This document shows, piece by piece, positions 44,346-56,405 of a stretch of DNA of 64,000 bases (positions are counted from its first letter, which is position 1; each line of letters starts with the position of its first letter). The stretch spans positions 16,733,716 to 16,797,715 of the forward strand of contig MU055574.1 in the NCBI GenBank assembly GCA_013239625.1, in the 5' to 3' direction. The notes beneath the pieces were generated by a model. It was not told where the DNA came from. It worked only from the letters and a program-made list of their open reading frames with translations, and did not search any database. The stretch comes from Lama guanicoe (Eukaryota). Position numbers and translations under genes: made by a program.

Positions 44346-47300
44346 GGATTTCTGACGTAAATCTGCATGAGTACCGAAAATGAATGGAAAACACAGAAAG
44401 AGAAGCTGTTAGGATAGATGTAATTATAAGGCAAGTTTATGAGGTCATTTTTGGAATTAAAAAATCAGATTGTAAGATTTGTGACTCAGTAAGGTCTACA
44501 CTGCTTTCTTCTCCTCTCTTGAGGCTTCCCTCCAATTTAAAATGCCATTACTTCAACTATTGGCATATGAAAGCAAGTGTCATAAAACAAAAATTATGAC
44601 GGAACTAATTAATTACTTGGTTATATTAGGACCATCATTCAGCCTCCCTGGGCCGCTCTCACAGGCCTGAGTGTCCCGCGTGAGACCTCGTGTGTCCATT
44701 CGTTGGATTCATTATTCTTGAGGGATGCATTCACTGATGGTTGTATCTCTGTGTATTTTATCCTAATAAGAAATCACTGCAGAGTTTATCACACTTTTGG
44801 TACTTGTAGGAATGAATTTCTATAGAAAGCAGCAAAAGTGGCAATTTCTTTTTTTAAACAGTCAAGGATCAAGCAGGCCAGTTAAGCTCGTTTACCACTT
44901 ATTTTTTTTTTTGCAAGGAAACAGCACAAGAGGTGGGCCTTGATATAGTAGATAGCTGTGGTAATGCCCATCCTAGGGGGCTGGTGTAATGGGCTGCAGC
45001 TTTGTAAGTTACCCAAGGGATGCCCGTGTCTGTGTGTGCTGGGGGTTAGCTTAGTCAGACCGTGGTGGTGCTTTTCCATGCTGGCCTTCCCACAGGTACC
45101 CCCGTGGCTGCAGTGCATACCTCTGCTCGTCCTTGCCTGGACGGTTTACCCCTATCAGGGAAAGAGCCACTGACCCCCTCCCTGGTTTCCTGATGAGACT
45201 GTGCTCTGCAGGGGAGAAATCTTCTCCCTGGGGATTCACTGCCCCCCTCTACTGCTTCAGAGTCATGTGCTTGTGTTGGAAACAAAACAGCCACAGTGGA
45301 CCGCTTCTCCTAGTGCTTGGCAAACATGGAGTTTCTTTTCTTTTTGAAGTCGTTATGCAGCTTGTGAAGGAAGTTAAGTGCCTGAGAGTGAAGGTCTCAG
45401 AAGGGAGCCTATCTGTGTGTGAGGTCGGAGGAGAGCGAGACAAGGGAGGGGAGAAGTGGGAAGATGAGAGAGGAAGGAGAGGGAGCCTCTCCGCTGTGTC
45501 TCACATCACGACGACATCAGAAGCCCGTGGGAATGGAAAGTGGGTGGTGGGAGCGTTCAGCCAGGGATGAAAGCCTGTTGGTGGATGACACCCCAGCTGC
45601 TGTATCCCCTACTGAGACAGTTTTGGGGTGCACCCCACCGTTCTTCAGGTGCCCCTGTAGGGTTGAGCCTAGTTGCACATGGAACCTGGTCTCCACCCTT
45701 TATGGGGCTTTCTGCCCGCTAGACTCACCAGCCCCACTCCGTCGCTTGGCCTTGGAATCACCTTCCAGATCAACTTCTGAACCCTTGGCCGTGGCTCAGG
45801 CTCTGCTTCTGGGGGAAACCACACGAGGACACCGAGCCTGGGTTCCTCATCTGGGAGACGAGGTTTCCACCCCTGCCCAGCGGGCCACTGTGACCTTGAA
45901 TGAGAGTGGGCATCTGCATAGGTCCAGCCCGGCTCCTGTGTGGCCAGAAATCTGAACACGCGATCCCCCCTCCCCTCTCCCCATGAGCTTACTGTCTTGC
46001 TAACGGTTACCTTGACTTGCTTTGGTCATGAATTAGAAAACAATTGTCCCACTTTCATGCTGGAAAAAAAAAAGATTAAAAAAATTACACAAATTAAAGA
46101 ATTTGATTTTTAAGAACAATGTTTTATGCAACTTAGAATGGTACTTCAGAGCGATCGTTTCAGACTCTGCCTTTGCCTAAATGTCATGCACTCTGAGCAT
46201 GGCCAAAGGCAGCCTGGTACTTGAAAAGAAGGAAGATTTGCCCGTTCTGTTTTCCAGAGAAGCCAATCTTCTGCCTGTGAATACAAACCAAGCAGCTGGC
46301 TCTCTGGAAGGGAAGACCTGGTTTTTAAACAGAAACTGTAAGAACATCAGGAGGTGGAGGAAGAAGCCCTAAGCAGCTGTTTCAGGCATATCTTGACTGT
46401 GCGGGCTGAGTATTCACTGAGCCCTCTTAGGTGCTTTAAATGTTCGAAGCCCCGTGATAAGCGGCATGAATTCAGGTATCTGGAAATTTATGTTTGTTAG
46501 CTTTAACCCCTCTTATTACTTATATGTGTGAGTATGTGAGTGAAAGAAATGTTGGTAATAGCGGTAGGTCCCATGGAACCAGGGGAATGACTGAGCTGCT
46601 GTGCTTTTCTAGAAAAGAAGTGTCCTGCTGGCATTTGAGACTCACGGATGTGTATAGTATTTAGGGAAACGGTTCTTGGACTTCAGAGTTCATAACACTT
46701 GCCTGAGGAGCTTCTAAATATGCAGATTCCTGGGTCCTGCATCAGAGAGCCCCCTTCAGGTGCTTTGGGGTAGTGCCAGCTCCGTTGTGGACCAGGGCTG
46801 CTCACGCTGCACAGGCCAGTGGTCCAAAGGACGTGGTCTGACCCTTAGCAGTAGGACCTGCCCTTTCTTGAACGTTTCTGTGCCCACATTTTGAGGAGTT
46901 GATGAGATAATATGTATAGAGTTCTCAGCCAGTCATAGCAATTGTGCCTGTGTGTTATTCTCTCAATCAGAGTTTATATACCCCAAGCATCCGTATGCTC
47001 AGGAGACAGCACGTTGACTTGTTAGGTCCCCAGCCCACCCCCAGGAGACAGTCCCATTCAGTGGACTGATACACTGAGAAGCAAAGAGCTTGCAACATTG
47101 ACCAGCTTTGCTGTGACATTCCTGCGTCGCTGTGAGGAGTGGAGCAGGCAGGGATGCCCCGAGAATTGATGGGCATTCAATATTAAGTTTCTTTGTATCC
47201 TTAGAAATGACCGTTTGATCCCTGCCTTGCAGGGTTAGCATTTCTTTTCTAGCTAACCACAGTAGAAAGAGAGAAGAAACGCCTAGAGGCTGTATTTGAC

Positions 47301-49909
47301 TTGAGCAGAAGTATCATCTGAAAGACTTTATAGGGAGAATTAATTTCACTGCTGGAATTCCCTGGAGAAGCCGATGCTGTTTTTGAGCTGACGAGGCCAC
47401 CGCTGAAGGGCATGGATGTGCCAGCCCTGTTGATACTGGGTTCCTGTTAATGCTGTTTTTGCTTTGTGTTGAAAATCCCTTTTCTAGTATATGCCATCTT
47501 TTGAAAAATTCCAGTGGCTTTTAAGAGAGTCTTACTGGGTGTAGAGTCACTGAACAAAGTCTTTACGTAAATATTGCACTTGATGTGGCATTCATGTCGT
47601 CTCCATCGATATAAACAGCTGTTCATACGGCATCGTTAGGTTTGGGGCGTGTTTAACAGGAGACAAAATAGAAAAGACCCGTGTTCCTGACTGCATTTAG
47701 ATAATGTTAGCCTAGCAAATGCTTCTTACTGGATGAAGAAGGTAATTGCAGCCTGAGGTTCTTTTCTTAACACACCCCCCCCCCCCGCTGCCACCTTTGA
47801 ATCACTCTCTTTCTGAAATTGATGTCAAAGTAGTGTAGAGTCTCAGGTTGCTACCAGAAGCCACTTAGATGCAGATTTGCTCTTTGGGATGAATTGCTCC
47901 TGGGAACGTCTGGGTCCATGATAAGCTTTTCACCAGGGGAAGAATTAGAGAGCCAGCTCTGATGTGGCTGTTTACGAGAGTGAGAGGGCATTTCGGCTTC
48001 CACAGTCTGGGTTAGGATGACTAACAGCACTGAGCACAGAAGATGCCCTGTTTGTGTGTGAAACTGCTCTTCCTGAGTCTGTCTGGCTGACACCCCAGAT
48101 GCCCAGATGTAAAAATATATTCACGTTTCTAAAGATGGTTGGTGTATATAAAAAAAAATTTAAATCTGCTTTGGAAATAACAATTTTTACCAGGATACAG
48201 AGAACTTTGGTCTCAGAATTCTTAGTTTCTTATGATAAAGGTAGTTCTCCGTTTCACTGGCAGAAGCAAGTGTGAGGCTTTCTGTTAGCAGGGGAGGGAA
48301 TTAAGATCCTTGGATGCTAATTCCCTTATAAACTTAGTGTTGTTGGGGAATTTGTTTTCCTTCTCCTTTTCATTCATTCATTTCTTCATCTGTTGATTTA
48401 ACAAATAAATGATAACTTTTGGCTAAATGTTGCAGGTGTATAAAAATGAACTAGACATTATTTCCTACCCTCAAGGAGCTTTGTGAGTAGGAAAAGTAAA
48501 ACACTTGTATGTAATAATTCACATTAAAAAAAAAAAAACAAGACTTTCCAAGAAAGAGAATTCGAGGTCCAGCTCAGAGGTAGAATTTCCACTGATCGTT
48601 CCTGTTTATTTTCAGCAAAGGGGTTCAAAAGAGAGGCGAGTGCTGGAGAAAGGTTAGCCATGGATCTGAGCACAGCAGATGGGCGGATTGTGGGCTGGGA
48701 GGTGTGGTGGATGGCAGGAGGGCACTTCGCGCACAGCATGAAAGCTGGGACACAGGCTGAGAACAGGGGTCACCTGGCTCTGTGTGAATGCGAAATAACA
48801 TTGGAAAGTCTTTTGGGGCCAGATTGTGGAAAACCTTGAATTCTGGGAGTTTATAGCAGACATATCGTGGCATGTAGCTGAAGAAACTAGCAAATATTGC
48901 ACTACTTTCCCCTGCCTTATGGCAAATAGAGAGGATTTGTCTGATCATTTAAAGAGCATGCAAGTGTGGCTGGATAATCCACCCCTGTGTATAGGCTTTA
49001 TCTTTCCACTCCTGTAGCTTCATTCATTCCTTTGGGTCTCAATGTCTTGTTTTTAATGGCCAGACTCCATTGTAAAATAAATACTAAAATAAATGGTTTT
49101 TTCGGGGGTGAGGGAAAAATGAGTAAATAACTTACTGTTGGTGCCCTGTAAAAACAAAATGCTCCTCAGTATTGATGCAGGGTCCACTAATGGTGTGGTC
49201 CTCACAGGCACGTTTAGGGATGTAGCTGGCCTGGGGTCGGGCCTGGATACCAGCTGGTAGTGAGCACAAGGGTGAGACCATGTTGGAGTTAAGGGAGAAG
49301 GTGGTGAATAAAATTTGCCAGCATTTTGAGGAAAATCAGTCCTATATTCTCTCTCTTAACATCAAATTCATCTTCCAGGTAAAAATCAATAGAATTTCTC
49401 TGAAGTACAAGGTATGCAGTTTCTGTTGAATATGTCATTTTCAGGAGCCATTTAAGAGTCTGGGATGATTGGATCAAATGTAGCCCCCTGCGCAGGCAGA
49501 GTGAGCCAGGTCCCTGTGAGGTGACGGTTCTGTGAAACTGTCTTAGCTATTGTTGGAAAGAGGAACTGTTACATGGCCTGTTACATAAAAGAAAAAAAAA
49601 AAAAGATCTGACTGTTCTGTGGCTGTTACGAGTACTGATTACCAAATGATGCTCGTCTGTATTTGCATTTTTGTTCCCCTTCTTTTGTAACAGGTTTAAA
49701 AATGAATTATGTTTCTGCTTATATTCCTCCCTCTAAAGGCGTGGAGACTCAGGAAGGACCGAGTATGAGCATCTCCTTTTTAGCTCTCCCTTCTAGAGAC
49801 AGCTGTACTGTGGCTGTATCTTTGATCTTTTGGACTGGTAATACATGGCATGGTATGGAATCCCAGCCGTAGAAAAGGTTAAACAGTGATAGGCAAGTCC
49901 CCCGAAGCT

Positions 49910-50146
49910 GTAGAGTGAAGTGGTTGAGAGCACAGAGACTAGCCAGACAACCTGTGCGCAAATCTTGACTCCCAGCTCGTCCACTAACTAGCTGTGTGAC
50001 CTTGGTGGAGCAGGTCACTTAGGCTGTCTATGCTGAGTTTTTTGCAACTGTAAAATAGTCTAGGGTGTTTATGGGATCAATGAAATAATATTTGGAAAGA
50101 ACTAGATAGTGCTTGGCACACAGTGAATGTCATATATGTGTTAGTT
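49910..50146 (+). mobile_element. MIR SINE
   Basis: GTGGTTGAGAGCACAG...TCCCAGCTC...CCACTAACTAGCTGTGTGACCTTGG...CTGTAAAATAG...GTGCTTGGCACACAGTGAATG. Confidence 0.75.
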
Positions 50147-50384
50147 AAATAGAGGAGATAAATTTCTCCCACCCTGGCCTTGGCCACCCCATTTCTTTCC
50201 CAGAGGTAAACATTATTCTTAGTTCCTTTTTCACCTTGAGACTCTTAAATGTTGGGGGAAGTAGTGTTTTGGTTTTTTGTTTTGTTTTGTTTGGTTTGGT
50301 TTGGTTTTTTTTGTTTTTGCTTTGTTTTTACTGTGTTATCTTCGTGCACAGTTGTGGTAGGCAGAATAATGGGTCTCCTACTGT

Positions 50385-51320
50385 AAAAAATGATCAGTGA
50401 CCCTAAAGAGCTTTAGTTGTATTAATACTTATTGATATTTACTATATTAGAAATTTAAACTGAGAAATTTAAAAAGTATCTATTAAAATTTGTTTTAATG
50501 TGACAACAATGAATCCACTTTGTCTTAATGCAATAAACATATTTTTAATGAACTGGTTCTCCAAACCAAAAACATGTATATATCAGTGAGAAGAACAGAA
50601 CTGTTTCACATTTCTGCAACTTTCTTTGTGTGTTTTTAATAGACAGCTGGGTTTTATATCCACTTCTGCATTCCGTCTGTTGTAGTGTATTATTTTGATG
50701 GAAGTGATTGGAAGAAACCCCAACCTCACATAGATATGTAGTTGTAAAAGGAAGGGAGTATTGGAATAATCATTTCAGATAATTGTGGACAGTCTTTACT
50801 ATTACAGCAGAACTCAACAAGAGGCAGTTCCTTCAAGGTTAGTGGCAGTGCAGAATCTGAAGCATCATTGGTAGACCCTCTTTACTTGGTCACACTAAAA
50901 TCCATTGTCTTATCTTGCACTTCGAATAGATCTTTTGCTCATGTATGATTTTCTAACATGCAGTGGTTACTTAGAAAATATTATATCACTAGGTTATGCA
51001 GATCTTTCAAATATGGACATTTCGTTACACAGCATTAAAAATCACATTCGTTAATATCTTCACCAATCTCATTGGGAAAGTCTCAAAATATTGGGAAGCT
51101 GTCAAGCTCATGGTAGTGAATACAAGTTTCCCAAGATTCGAATTTTTGCTGGAAAGGTCGAATTATATCTACAAAACTGTCTTTTCTCTAGAAAGTTACA
51201 GGCTTGTTTTGTTCACTTAAAATAACGTTTTCATCAGTTGTTTTCTCAAATAAAAATTGGGTTTTGTGAAAAAAGCAGCTAGTTCAGCTTGCAACACTTT
51301 TTCTTGAAACAACCATTGCA
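50385..51320. mobile_element. hAT-Charlie DNA transposon relic (Charlie1/1a-like)
   Basis: GACCCTAAAGAGCTTT...TTGATATTTACTATATTAGAAATTTAAACTGAGAAATT, AATAGACAGCTGG, TATTGGGAAGCTGTCAAGCTCATGGT and GCTAGTTCAGCTTGCAAC resemble the Charlie1 consensus as I recall it. Confidence 0.75.
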
Positions 51321-51399
51321 GAGGAGCTGTGTGGGGACTTCCCAAAGGTGTTCCCAAGGTCCTAAGCTGACCTGGAGGAACACGAGGGGCCATCCCACG

Positions 51400-51740
51400 T
51401 ATCTAAGCAGAGAAGTGACACGATCTGACCAGTGTTTTAAAAGGATCACTGACTGTTGAGAATGGACCATAGGAAACCAGAACGGGACAGAGGCTTTAGC
51501 AGTGACCAGGTGAGAGGTTGTGGCTTTGTTCTCAGTGGTCACGGTGGAGGTGGAACCAGCAGAACTCGCTCAGAGATCCCTGTGGGGGTGGGGGTTGGTG
51601 GTGAGGGCAGGAAAGGAGGCCAAGGAGGATCCCAGGTTTTGCCTGAGCAACGGGAAGGATGGAGTTGCCCTCCATTAAGATGGGGAAGCTATCTGTGGAA
51701 CAGCTCTGTGGGAAGACCAGGAGTTCGTTTTGGAATGCCT
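51400..51740 (-). mobile_element. L2 LINE relic
   Basis: GTGACACGATCTGA...TTTTAAAAGGATCACT...CCCAGGTTTTGCCTGAGCAAC...GATGGAGTTGCC...AGATGGGGAAG...CAGGAGTTCGTTTTGGAATG. Confidence 0.7.
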
Positions 51741-54659
51741 TTGTAAGCCTCTGTATTTATAGTGAACATTCCGCCTGTTTCTAAATGGTTTTAATGGCTT
51801 ATCCTGAAAGCCATCCATAAAATCTCACAACTCATCAAGGTTAACAACATGAAGGGAAAGGGAAGAGATGTGAATGACAACTTGCCTACTTTAAAGACTT
51901 TCACTCATAGAGTAAGGCAAACACGCTTGTTAGGAGAAAACAGTCAAGTTTGAAATACAAGTGCCCCAAATTCACTCCTTTCATTTCAAACAATTCAGTT
52001 ATGCTTTATCGCATCTTATTAATTTATTTCTGATCCTGTAGTCCCCAGCTCTGATTATCTATTTATAAATTGTCCATTCCCATGTAATCCCCCCCCCTTT
52101 TTTTGGCTTTTTTGGCTTTTCGGCCATTAACCACTTTCACATATTCTGGGAAAGTGTGACAAAGTTCAAATTATCCAGTTTTGTTCCTTCTTAGTAGCTC
52201 TGGGAAAAGTCATTTACAGTGAGAAATGTGAAACTGTAAGCAAAATTATTTTGTGTCTTCTGGGAGGAACCCTGATCGGCTGCCCCTGAACTGGGCAGGT
52301 GCTGTAACATGTGAAACAGGTTATAGAATGTCCCTTCCCCCTCAAAGTCTCCCAGCGGACTCCCTACAGAATCCAGAATTTCTGGTGAAGCACTCAGAAG
52401 CTTCGAAACAGAAGGACATGCTAGTCTCAACTTGTCTGCCTTTACCTTTCCAGCACTACTTACTCCTCAGTTGCCATTTGTGAATCTAATTCTGACTTTT
52501 ATGTTTCAGTTGATGAAGGACCACACCCACCTTCTGTGAGGTTTAGGTATCCTTACATAGTATTAGCAAAATTATTTGAATGTTTATTGAATTTTGTCCT
52601 TATTGTTTTATAAAAATCAGGGAAAGAGGGAGCTGAAAAATGTTGATAAGAAACCTGGATTTCATAGCTTAGTACCCATGACCCCCAAATGCCAGTCGTC
52701 ACCTGTGCCTTGGCTGGTGAGCCTGTAGCCCTGTGGGATGCTCTTTGATCTCCAGTCACAGGTCATGTGTTCACTGGGGAAGGAGGAGGAGGAGATTAAG
52801 ATACGCACCAGGTGTGTTTAAAAGGCAAAGCCTAAGTAGAAATTTCAGAATTTGTCTAGATCCCTGGGAACAGATGCCTTCACAGAGTCCATCAGCTCAG
52901 TCTCCATACTTCTAGGACCGCACCCTGTAAGCAGCAGGGGGCTGCCTGCACGCCACCTCGGAGGGGTCGTGGGCGCCGCTTCTTCTGAGCTCTGAAAGGC
53001 ATTTTGTCTGCATACCTGATGTGAAAGTTAAGATTTATTGCCCTCTGTGTGCTTGTCATCATTTACCTACTATTTTCAAGAAATTGAAAATCCCTTGAAA
53101 AATAGGGACATTGAGGATCCCAGAGATGTTTAAGACAAAGCAGCTAGCACAGTTCTTGGTGAACAGCGGGCGTTTCACTCCGTATCTTTTCAGTGAAAGC
53201 AGGCGGCTAGGAGTCCCTAGCCAGGAAAGGCAGTGCCCTGAGAGTGGGTTCTCGGGGATAAAAAGCATCTTTGGGCCACACCTTGAAGCCTCCCAGATTT
53301 CTTTTCATAAATCTGATTGCAGAGGACTTGCGCTGGGACTTTCTCAGAGCTGAAGGCTCTGCTCGCTTGTGCTCGTGCCTAGGGACTCCGGGATGGCATG
53401 GGACTCCACTCTCCGAGAACCACGCGCCCCAGCTCCAAAGAGTCTGACTGTGAATCCTGGGAGAGCACGGAGCCCAGTTCACGTCCCACGTCTGCACTGT
53501 TCTGCTGTTTTAATGGGCTGATTGGTGCCCATGACGCAGGACTGTTTTAGTGAGTCAGCCCAAACCACAGCTGAAAAAGAATAGGAACCTCTGTATCACT
53601 GGTGTAGGTCAATGCTGATAGTGGGATGTGGTTTCAGTTTAATTCAAGGGCACTAACGTTTACAAAGGACTGTGAATCTGGAGTCAAGGGATCCGGAGTC
53701 TAGTTCCTGGCCTCGTGATTGACCTCGGGCAGGTTACTCTAATTCCTATTTCTTCATCAACTCTTAAAATGAAGGATTAGATGAAACAGTTGAGCATATT
53801 TTTTTTTCTTTCCTAACACTCAGTCATTTAATGTGATTACAGCACCAAGTTAAACTACTCTAAGAATGTGTCTTTATCCTAAAAGTTTAGGAAGTGAGAA
53901 AAGCAAAGTCATGGATCAAGCATTCCATTTGGTTTTGCAACACATCTCTGTACCTCTTTAAATAGAATCAGGTCTTGACTGCCAGAGAGAAGGTGTTTGT
54001 TAAGGCTTCGTGATAATAGCAGGCTGTCTCGAATACAAAGATCACCAAGAGCCTTAAAAGCATTAATTATCCCTTCCAGCACCCTGATGCAGCCAAGATG
54101 TGTTATTACCATTTTACTTTCACAGCTGGGTAAACCAAGGCACAGAGACCCGTCAAGTTGCTAGGAACTTGGACAAGGTCATGGTCAGTGGCTGACAGGG
54201 CGAGAACTGTGTCTGTCTGTTTTCCCTTCTACACAGGGGAAACTGTCTGGATTTTAACCACTTTTTTTCCTCTTAAATATTCCTCTATTAATGTACATAG
54301 AGTAAAATCCAGTAATAATGTGTCCTGTAGTAAGACAAACAGATGTCACTGGACTGATGACGGCCCTTGTCTTATTATCTGGGTCCTCATCTGGGGGCTG
54401 GGGGTGGCGGTTAGGAACTGACTGCCCAGTGAGCATTTACAGCCTGCTCAGGCGGGGAGAGCTGTTTAGTAACCACTTCACTCTCTTTATTCTTGTTTCT
54501 TTCTTTCTTTAGATAATTCACACTGATTTTCATTAACCTTGCAGTCCCGGGACCGTGTGTTTCATGTGCTTTGGTCCTTTGGAACCCACTGATGGTGGAG
54601 TTTTACTGTAACTCTCCTTTCTCTCCTTTGAAACCTGCACTGACATCCTCACTATCTTT

Positions 54660-55043
54660 AAAAAAAAATTCAGTATAATTCACGTGACCATAAAAGTCAC
54701 CTTTAAAGTGTACAGATCAGTGGTTCATAGTATATTCACCAAGTTATGCAACCATCCCCACTGCCTGATTCTAGAACATTCCATCAGCTCAAAAAGACAC
54801 CTGGTGCCCACCAGCAGTCACCCCTCCTTCCCTGCCCCCCAGGCCTAACAGCCACTCATCAGCCTTCTGTTCCTGCAGGTTTGCCTGCTCTGCTGTTTCA
54901 AATAAATGGAATCATATGACATGTAGACTGTTGCATCTGCCTCCTTTCGTGTAGTGTGATGTTTTTTCTAGGTTTATCCATGTCGTCGCTTGAATCAGTA
55001 CTTTATTCATGCATCCCCTTTCTGGCTGAATAATATTCTATTT
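54660..55043 (-). mobile_element. LINE-1 3' fragment (L1MB-like)
   Basis: TATAATTCAC...TTTAAAGTGTACAG...TAGTATATTCACCAAGTTATGCAACCATC...ATAAATGGAATCATATG...GGCTGAATAATATTC. Confidence 0.8.
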
Positions 55044-56238
55044 CACCCTCTTTTAATCCCGTGACACAGCAGCACTTCCTGGAAGGAAGTGTAACTCTGA
55101 TTTCCTTTCTCCCGTAGCACATCCCCCGGTAGAATCTTGTAAATTTTTTTAGGGTTCTACTCAGGGTCTTTAAATAGAATACCCACTAAGTAGTTTGGAA
55201 GAGTTTTGAACTTAAATTCTACTTGATTGAAGTTCTTTAAGTGTCTGAAATACAGTGGTGTCTGTTAATTGCCCCTGAATGTAATTAAATGTGACATTCG
55301 GGTGGTCCTCCCGGCTCTGCAAGTGTCGGTTTCTGATGGACCTGAAACTTTGCCTGAAGATCCGTTGCCGTTGACTTTGTATTTTCCGTCGGGGACCTGG
55401 GTGAGGTCCAATGGGAGGCCGTTTGCGGCCTTTCTTGGGGCCGAGAGCCTGCCACAGCCTAGCCTCCCAGAGAACAAGGATGTGGAGCCACCTCCATTCC
55501 CCTCCCCACCTGCCAGGAAGGCCTTTCCTCCCTCGAGCTGTACAGAGCATGGAAGTGGCTTCCAGGACACTCCTACCCTGTTGCTCTAACTGTTCTTTCA
55601 GATGCTCAGGCAATTTATCACAAGATAATTGAATCAAATCATGGCAGCCTGCTACTAAGAAGCATTGGCCACCAGTGTTTACCTCTGTCTGTTTATCTCC
55701 AGAGACCTTGCATTGTCAAGAACATCAGCAGTTGGAATGTGACCTCAGGTTAAGTGCACTTTGAAGGTTTATGAAATTTCATTTTTCTGGCATTGTATTT
55801 ATGTTACGATAGAATTGACTTCTCTGCGGGCTTGACAGTGACATTCAGACTGCTGCCTTGAATCTGCTCGGCACAAGAATAATAACAGTAAAGAAATGCG
55901 GAGTCCCCGATCTCCTCAGAAAGTAGCCTAATTTTCATCTGTTCCAGAAGGACACGATAGCGGCGGTTACCTTTGTCAACGGTGCAGCTGAGGACTCGAT
56001 TAGCCTTTGAACGTGGGCAACCCAGAGTTGTTCGTTCGTACTACGTAGTCCATCTGTTCGTTCCTTTGAACGGTTTTATTTCCGTTCTCTTTCGCTGATG
56101 GATGGCGAGTAATACTTGCTTGGATGACAGAGCATGGCCAGTGTCATTGATGAAAGATGCCACAAACCACTGCCTTTTTAAGTAAGAGCCTGAGTAAAGT
56201 TTAGGGAAATCTGAGTTAATTAAAAATAATCAGTGCTT

Positions 56239-56405
56239 GAGGGAGGGGATAGCTCCAGTGGTAGAGCTCATGCTTAGCATTCATGAGGTCCTGGGTTCAA
56301 TCCCCAGTACCTCCATTAAAGAAATAAAGATTAAATAAATAAGCCTAATTACCTTCCCCCTGCAAAAAAAAAAAAAAACAAAAAAAAGCGAATGGGTTTA
56401 AAAAA
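56239..56405 (+). mobile_element. tRNA-derived SINE (Vic-1-like) with long A tail and TSD
   Basis: GAGGGAGGGGATAGCTCCAGTGGTAGAG...GTCCTGGGTTCAATCCCCAGTACCTCCATTAAA...CCTAATTACC + poly-A. AATCAGTGCTT occurs at 56228-56238 and 56406-56416. Confidence 0.92.

Noticed and set aside
45133-45959. Overlapping 145-aa and 178-aa ORFs
   Set aside because: No domain similarity I can recognise, non-ATG or weak starts, and overlap with a MIR core fragment. Consistent with chance ORFs in moderately GC-rich intron.
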